Shown here piece by piece: positions 58,424-64,000 of a DNA stretch of 64,000 bases. The notes below the pieces were generated by a model that saw only the letters and a list, made by a program, of their open reading frames with translations, was not told where the DNA came from and made no database searches. Origin of the DNA: Acidobacteriota bacterium. GTDB lineage: Bacteria > Acidobacteriota > UBA6911 > RPQK01 > JADFOI01. Position 1 is the stretch's first letter. Every line of letters starts with the position of its first letter. The stretch is taken from contig JAYZCG010000009.1 of the NCBI GenBank assembly GCA_036338435.1, positions 7,733 through 71,732 of the forward strand. The letters are read 5' to 3'. The position numbers and the translations under genes were made by a program.

Positions 58424-59413
58424 ATGATCCACAATTTGACGTGTGCAGACACAAGGACACTCATCTTGTCCCTTTTGTCTACTCTTGCTCTATTCTCCTC
58501 GTTGGCAGCCACACAGGCCACCGACAATCGCGTCTGCCTCGTTGTCACCGGATTGGGGGGACTGCCTCAATACGAAGAGAACTTTCTGAACTGGGGGAAT
58601 GACACTCAAACGATCTTTGAGGACCGACTGGGCAGCAAAGTTTACTACCTAGATGGCCGAGTACAAAAAAAAGCTGACATACTCAACGTATTCAATGAAA
58701 TCTCGTCATCTGGCGCCCTCGATGAACTTTGGTTTTTTGTAATTGGACATGCCAGCTACGACAATCTACAGTACAAGTTCAACATTTCTGGACCTGACCT
58801 GACAGACACGGAGATCAAAGACTTCCTGGACTCTCTGGGCGATACCAGAGTGTTCCTAATTGCCGCCACTAGCGCTAGCGGAGTGCTGACTTCCAAGTTA
58901 ACCCAGGAAAACCGTGTCATCATCACGGCTACAAAGAATCAAAATGAAAAACAGCCGCCTTTGTTTATGTCTTTTTTTCTAGAGGCTATTGACTCTGCCA
59001 CAGCCGACATCGACAAGAACGGGCGCGTTTCGTTGTTGGAGGCATACCTTTTCAGCCATCACAAGATTGCAACCTGGTTCAAGGATAAAGGCCGCATCCA
59101 AACCGAACATGCCCTTCTGGAAGACAACGGACAAGTTCGTCTAGGAGACAAAGACGATACCCTTCTTGAAAAAAACCCAGGAATCGCAGCTACTCTGCTT
59201 GCCTCGATGGCATATCTATCTCCTCCGCTTGGATCAATCTATACCTCCCAGCACGCTCAAGAACTAGCATTGGAACGAGTTCGAATCGAGAGAGAAATTG
59301 AAGACCTCAAATTTCGTAAAACTCAGCTTTCAGAATCCTCATACTACCACCTCCTTGAAGAACTTTTGATTAAACTGGCCACTCTCAACCAACGCATGAA
59401 AGAGGCGGAATAA
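58424..59413 (+). CDS. Exported hypothetical protein, possibly caspase/hemoglobinase-like fold
   Basis: Signal peptide; VIGHAS, AATSASG and DIDKNGRVSLLEA; coiled-coil C-terminus. The fold call is tentative. Confidence 0.55.
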   Translation: MIHNLTCADTRTLILSLLSTLALFSSLAATQATDNRVCLVVTGLGGLPQYEENFLNWGNDTQTIFEDRLGSKVYYLDGRVQKKADILNVFNEISSSGALDELWFFVIGHASYDNLQYKFNISGPDLTDTEIKDFLDSLGDTRVFLIAATSASGVLTSKLTQENRVIITATKNQNEKQPPLFMSFFLEAIDSATADIDKNGRVSLLEAYLFSHHKIATWFKDKGRIQTEHALLEDNGQVRLGDKDDTLLEKNPGIAATLLASMAYLSPPLGSIYTSQHAQELALERVRIEREIEDLKFRKTQLSESSYYHLLEELLIKLATLNQRMKEAE

Positions 59414-59418
59414 CAACC

Positions 59419-61893
59419 ATGAAACCGCTCCTACTAATTTTCCTGGCTTTCTCTCTAACTCCTGGATATTCGCAGGAAAATGAGACTGATCGTGCCCCCA
59501 AGGCATTGCTTACCGAAATTAAACAGCTGATGCACCATGGACATTATGAGAGAGCACAAGAACTCCTTCGGAACGGTCCTAGAAACGACCCGTTCATTTT
59601 ACGACTCCTGCTTGAATTGGCTCAGCGACAAGGCCGGGACGATGAAGTTAATGACTACGCCCATAGTCTTCTGGACCTATATGCCTCCGAACAACTCATA
59701 GACTCTGATGAGATCGTTCAGGCGGCTTATGGGGCATGGAAATTGGGCCAGTTCCAGAATTCTAACCAGATTTTTATCGCCGCAGGAAAGACCAAGCCCA
59801 CCACAGTATCCATGTTCATCGACTGGGGACACTTGTATCTTACAAAATACAATGCCGCTGAAGCTGAGGCCATTTTCCGAGACGCCATCATGGTTGAGTA
59901 TCCGTCTTTGGCATATACCCGTTGGGACATGGATGCAGCATATGTTGGACTTGCTCAGGCTCTCGACGCTCAGTTCAAGACGGGCGCCGATGAAGCTCTC
60001 AACAAAGCACTTGAACTCAATCCTGAGAATCTAGAGGCCCGGGTTCTTAAAGCTCAGCGAGCTCTCAAAAAAACTCGTTGGCAGGAAGCCAAAAAGTGGC
60101 TAGAGGAGGGCTTAGAGATTAACCCCAACTACCTTCCCCTTCTAGAAGTAAAAGGCTCGTCCCAATTCCTCCAAGGGAAAGACAGTGCCTTTGAAAAAAC
60201 CCGTTCCAAAATTCTGAAAATCAATCCTAACAACGGTGATTTTTTCGAGATGCTGGGCGATTTTTCTGTTTTCCAAAGACACTTCGACCAAGCAATTGAT
60301 TTTTTCCGTCAGGCACTAAAACACAATCCTCGACAAGCGTCTGCCAGGGCTTCCTTGGGAATAAATCTGCTCCGAATGGGCCACGAAGAGGAAGGCGCAA
60401 AAATTTTAGAAGTGGCCTATACACAGGATCCTTTTAACATCTGGACTGTCAATACACTGCGCCTGCTAGACAGTTTTGATCACTTCGTCCGGGTTGAAAC
60501 ACCGAACCTGCAGATCAAACTACATGAAAGCGAGGCTGACGTTTTAAAACCCTACGCAGAAGAACTGGCACAACGAAGTTTGAAAACGCTACAGGATAAA
60601 TACAACCATCAGATTTCCGACAAATATATCTTTGAAATGTACCCTGACCATGCAGACTTTGCAGTCCGCACATTAGGCCTTCCCGGTCTCGGGGCCCTTG
60701 GTGCCACCTTTGGAAGAATTGTGGCGATGGATTCTCCCTCAGCGCGACCCAAGGGAGAATTCCACTGGGGATCCACCCTGTGGCACGAAATGGCCCATGT
60801 AGTAACTCTTTCTTTGAGTAACGACAGAGTTCCCCGATGGCTGACCGAAGGAATCTCGATGATGGAAGAACGTCAGGCAGGTGCCGGATGGGGAGAACCT
60901 CTCACCGTTGGATTCGTGAAAGCCTACGAACAAAATGCCTTGCTTCCCCTCGCCGATCTTAACTTAGGATTTGAACAACCTAAAAACCGGCAACAACTGA
61001 CCTTAAGTTATTTCCAGGCAGGCTGGGTCTGTGAGTTTCTGTTCCGGCGATATGGACTTGAAAAAATCAGATCAATGCTGGTGGCCTTTGGACAAGAAAC
61101 CACTGCTGAAAAAGTATTCCAAAAAGTACTGCAATCCTCCATCGAAGAGGTAGATGAACAGTTTCACAAGGAGTTGAGTGCAACCCTTACGCCTCTAATC
61201 AAACGCTTGAGTCAACTCCCCAGTATGCCGTTGCGTAACATCCCCATGGAAGGGCCGCAGAACACCGGAGAAGATAGCATGTACAATTTGGAGAGCTTGG
61301 AGAAGTCTTGGCAGATCAATCCCGACAATTATTTCCTGAATCTACAACTAGGTTCCATGCTTAAAGCTCTGGGCCGACCCCAGGAAGCACTCCTCTATTT
61401 GGAAACGGCCCTCGACTTGTTCCCCGCTCATGCGGATAGATCAAGTCCGTACGCCCTACTCTCTGCGATATACGAAGAATTGAGCCAGAAAGACAACGCC
61501 ATTGAAATGAGACGACGCTGGTGGCAGGCTCGCCCCCTCTACGTCGAAAATGCATACAAGCTGTCCAGCCTACTTATCGAAACGAATCAACACCAAGAAG
61601 CGGCACAATATTTAGAAGAAGTAATGTATCTAGATCCGTTTCACTCAGAAACCCATGAACGTCTTGGAGAAATCTATTTAGAGTCTGGGCAATTCAAGAA
61701 AGCGATCCGTGAATTTGAAGTTTTCTTAAGCCTTTCCCCTATTGATATAGCAACTGCTCATTATAAAATGGCCCAAGCATTTTCCCAGTTGGGCAATGTT
61801 GAAAGTTCGCGCAAACATGTTTTGCTCTCACTAGAAATTGCACCGGGACACGAGGAAGCCCAAGAACTCTTATTGAAACTGGTTCGAAAATGA
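59419..61893 (+). CDS. Exported TPR protein with a peptidase MA-like zincin domain
   Basis: Signal peptide; multiple TPR-like repeats; LWHEMAH...PRWLTEG. Confidence 0.85.
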   Translation: MKPLLLIFLAFSLTPGYSQENETDRAPKALLTEIKQLMHHGHYERAQELLRNGPRNDPFILRLLLELAQRQGRDDEVNDYAHSLLDLYASEQLIDSDEIVQAAYGAWKLGQFQNSNQIFIAAGKTKPTTVSMFIDWGHLYLTKYNAAEAEAIFRDAIMVEYPSLAYTRWDMDAAYVGLAQALDAQFKTGADEALNKALELNPENLEARVLKAQRALKKTRWQEAKKWLEEGLEINPNYLPLLEVKGSSQFLQGKDSAFEKTRSKILKINPNNGDFFEMLGDFSVFQRHFDQAIDFFRQALKHNPRQASARASLGINLLRMGHEEEGAKILEVAYTQDPFNIWTVNTLRLLDSFDHFVRVETPNLQIKLHESEADVLKPYAEELAQRSLKTLQDKYNHQISDKYIFEMYPDHADFAVRTLGLPGLGALGATFGRIVAMDSPSARPKGEFHWGSTLWHEMAHVVTLSLSNDRVPRWLTEGISMMEERQAGAGWGEPLTVGFVKAYEQNALLPLADLNLGFEQPKNRQQLTLSYFQAGWVCEFLFRRYGLEKIRSMLVAFGQETTAEKVFQKVLQSSIEEVDEQFHKELSATLTPLIKRLSQLPSMPLRNIPMEGPQNTGEDSMYNLESLEKSWQINPDNYFLNLQLGSMLKALGRPQEALLYLETALDLFPAHADRSSPYALLSAIYEELSQKDNAIEMRRRWWQARPLYVENAYKLSSLLIETNQHQEAAQYLEEVMYLDPFHSETHERLGEIYLESGQFKKAIREFEVFLSLSPIDIATAHYKMAQAFSQLGNVESSRKHVLLSLEIAPGHEEAQELLLKLVRK

Positions 61894-62639
61894 AACACGG
61901 TTTGTGCTTAACATTAGCTTTTCTAATACTTTGGGGAACCTCTATCTTCGTTTTTAGCCTCGATGAAATCACTATCCAGACAAACGCCCATAGTCCAACT
62001 TTATTCCAATTTGTCCGTGTTCGATATAACGGATATGTGGCGTTTCTGAGCTCACAGCGATGGGGTCCCCCTCCCTGGGCGCATGACTATCCCAGAGCTG
62101 AGCGCAACCTCTTACAGATTCTACAAGAGCTCACAACCATTCAGACCACACCCGATTCCTATCTCGTTCTGGATCTCCACGATCCTGAAATAATGAACTA
62201 TCCGTTTCTCTATATGAGCGAACCAGGCTATTGGAATATCACTGAAAAAGAGGCCAACAACTTTCGACAGTATCTATTGAGGGGAGGCTTTGTTGTTTTT
62301 GATGATTTCCGCGGTGAAAGTGAATGGGCAAATCTCACCAACGCCATGAAAAAGGTCCTACCAGAATCAAGCTTCCAATTACTGGAGGCTGACCAGCCAA
62401 TCTTTCATTGCTATTACGACATCGACACCTTGGATATGATCCCCCCCTATAATGTCCCCGGACCACCACAATTCTACGGCCTATTTGATCTGCACAACCG
62501 TCTCGTGGCTGTAGCTAATTACAACAATGATATCGGAGACTATTGGGAATGGGCGGATGATTCATTAAGCCCCCTCGATCTATCCAACGAAGCTTTCAAA
62601 TTTGGAGTCAACTACGCTATTTATGGAATAACTCATTGA
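61890..62639 (+). CDS. DUF4159 domain protein
   Basis: WAHDYPRAERNL, YPFLYMSEPG, YLLRGGFVVFDDF and NYNNDIGDYWE. Confidence 0.85.
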   Translation: MKHGLCLTLAFLILWGTSIFVFSLDEITIQTNAHSPTLFQFVRVRYNGYVAFLSSQRWGPPPWAHDYPRAERNLLQILQELTTIQTTPDSYLVLDLHDPEIMNYPFLYMSEPGYWNITEKEANNFRQYLLRGGFVVFDDFRGESEWANLTNAMKKVLPESSFQLLEADQPIFHCYYDIDTLDMIPPYNVPGPPQFYGLFDLHNRLVAVANYNNDIGDYWEWADDSLSPLDLSNEAFKFGVNYAIYGITH

Positions 62640-62793
62640 ACGCCTTACCGACACTTGCTTTCGAAATAAGGCGAAGTGGAGCGACGCACATGAAAAAATT
62701 GAGACAAACTAGCCAAGCTTTGGCAAGAAGTTCTCTAAATTGGACAATAGCAGAAGATAATAAAGAGATTACCCAACAGTGGAGGGGGAAGCT

Positions 62794-63819
62794 ATGAAAG
62801 ACGTGACTCCAACTGGACACGCCAGCATACAAAAATCAGTGGATGCCATGCTAGGTTCTCAGAAGAGAATTGTGCAGGAACTGCGAAAAGTGATAGTCGG
62901 ACAGGACAATGTAATAGAACAAGTATTGATTGCACTGTACGTAGGAGGACACTGCCTTATCACAGGGTTTCCGGGACTGGCAAAAACCCTTCTGGTCAGA
63001 AGCATCTCCCAAACACTGGGGTTAACTTTCAAGCGTATTCAGTTTACTCCTGATCTCATGCCTACCGATATCACAGGCACAGAAATCATTGAGGAAGATC
63101 CGACCACGGGCCGACGGGAACTGGAATTCGTAAAAGGACCGATTTTTGCCAACGTCATTCTAGCAGATGAAATTAATCGTACCCCGCCTAAAACACAAGC
63201 AGCTTTGCTGGAGGCAATGCAAGAAAGAAAGGTAACAGTGCGGGGCGTCACATATGACCTGGATGCACCATTCTTTGTTCTCGCCACTCAAAATCCGATT
63301 GAACTAGAAGGGACCTATCTTCTGCCGGAAGCGCAGTTGGATCGATTTATGTTCAATATTTTCATTGACTATCTGCCTGAAGATCAAGAGGTTCAAGTTG
63401 TCCAGAAAACTACGGGAGAAACACCAGATAAGATCGAGCAGGCGGTTTCGGGCGAGGCGATCCTGGACTATCAGAAATTACTGAAAAAAATCCCTGCTAA
63501 CGAAGAAATAGTGAACTATGCCGTTCGAATCGTGGGAGCCAGCCGTCCTGGTGACAACTCGACATCTGATTTTGTTAAAGACTGGGTCCGGTATGGTGCT
63601 AGCCTGCGAGCCTCCCAATTCATGGTACTGGGAGGAAAAGTACGGGCTCTTCTACATGGACGCTTCACTGTATCAGTGCAAGACATTCAAGCCCTCGCCA
63701 AACCAGTACTTCGCCACCGCATTTTAACTAATTTTAATGCTGAATCCGAGGGAATAACCCCAGACGACATAATTGAGAAACTTCTAGAGCTTGTTCCCGC
63801 TCCCCAGTCTGGACTTTAG
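62794..63819 (+). CDS. MoxR-family AAA+ ATPase
   Basis: GFPGLAKT, RIQFTPDLMP, LADEINRTPPKTQAALLEAM, ATQNPIE and LPEAQLDRF. Confidence 0.95.
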   Translation: MKDVTPTGHASIQKSVDAMLGSQKRIVQELRKVIVGQDNVIEQVLIALYVGGHCLITGFPGLAKTLLVRSISQTLGLTFKRIQFTPDLMPTDITGTEIIEEDPTTGRRELEFVKGPIFANVILADEINRTPPKTQAALLEAMQERKVTVRGVTYDLDAPFFVLATQNPIELEGTYLLPEAQLDRFMFNIFIDYLPEDQEVQVVQKTTGETPDKIEQAVSGEAILDYQKLLKKIPANEEIVNYAVRIVGASRPGDNSTSDFVKDWVRYGASLRASQFMVLGGKVRALLHGRFTVSVQDIQALAKPVLRHRILTNFNAESEGITPDDIIEKLLELVPAPQSGL

Positions 63820-63823
63820 TCTT

Positions 63824-64000
63824 ATGAGAACTGCCACCATCGATCGTTTCATTGATCCGTATACCCTGTCTCGTATTCGGAATTTGAAACTCGTCGCCAA
63901 AACTGTGGTGGAAGGTTTTCTCTCCGGCTTAAATAATTCGCTCTATCATGGCTTTAGTCTGGACTTCATCGAATATCGAGAGTACGCACCCGGAGACGAC
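63824..64000 (+). CDS. DUF58 protein, 3'-truncated by the window edge
   Basis: Manual translation gives MRTATIDRFIDPYTLSRIRNLKLVAKTVVEGFLSGLNNSLYHGFSLDFIEYREYAPGDD, a typical DUF58 N-terminus following MoxR. Confidence 0.88.
   Translation, partial: MRTATIDRFIDPYTLSRIRNLKLVAKTVVEGFLSGLNNSLYHGFSLDFIEYREYAPGDD

Noticed and set aside
1-64000. CRISPR arrays, IS/transposases, prophage genes, rRNA
   Set aside because: No regularly spaced repeats or matching ORFs were seen; the remaining short ORFs in the track overlap confident genes and were treated as spurious.

Overview
A bacterial chromosomal window, most likely from Acidobacteriota. This is inferred from gene neighbourhoods (ftsH-folP-cdaA-cdaR-glmM-rfaE2-mfd-PPIases, tatA-tatC, and a vWA/TPR/DUF4159/MoxR/DUF58 cluster); no search was run. 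Roughly 34.9-64 kb is housekeeping: tat, PPIases, mfd, glmM, c-di-AMP synthase, folP, ftsH, tilS, a SAM-I riboswitch-led thrC-like/lysC operon, carD, hemB, tRNA-Met, hom and the MoxR cluster. Roughly 2.7-34.9 kb is an accessory catabolic region interrupted by glnA/Lrp. It holds two UbiD decarboxylases, a cytoplasmic amidohydrolase_2, five signal-peptide-bearing YtcJ-like amidohydrolases, two aldolases, a 2-hydroxyacid dehydrogenase, a secreted alpha/beta hydrolase, a Mo-hydroxylase (L+S), CoxG, GlcG, and DASS and NRAMP transporters. Three signals stand out. (1) Three dispersed, divergent, secreted cohesin-like proteins all end in the identical hexapeptide CFFYMH-stop, with only synonymous codon differences, and each lies beside an amidohydrolase gene. 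(2) An SQR-like flavoprotein has an in-frame TGA at the second redox Cys position, followed by a SECIS-like hairpin and an intact C-terminus, making it a candidate selenoprotein. (3) Four of the five exported amidohydrolases lack the canonical metal-bridging lysine. No CRISPR array, transposase, integrase or rRNA was seen.
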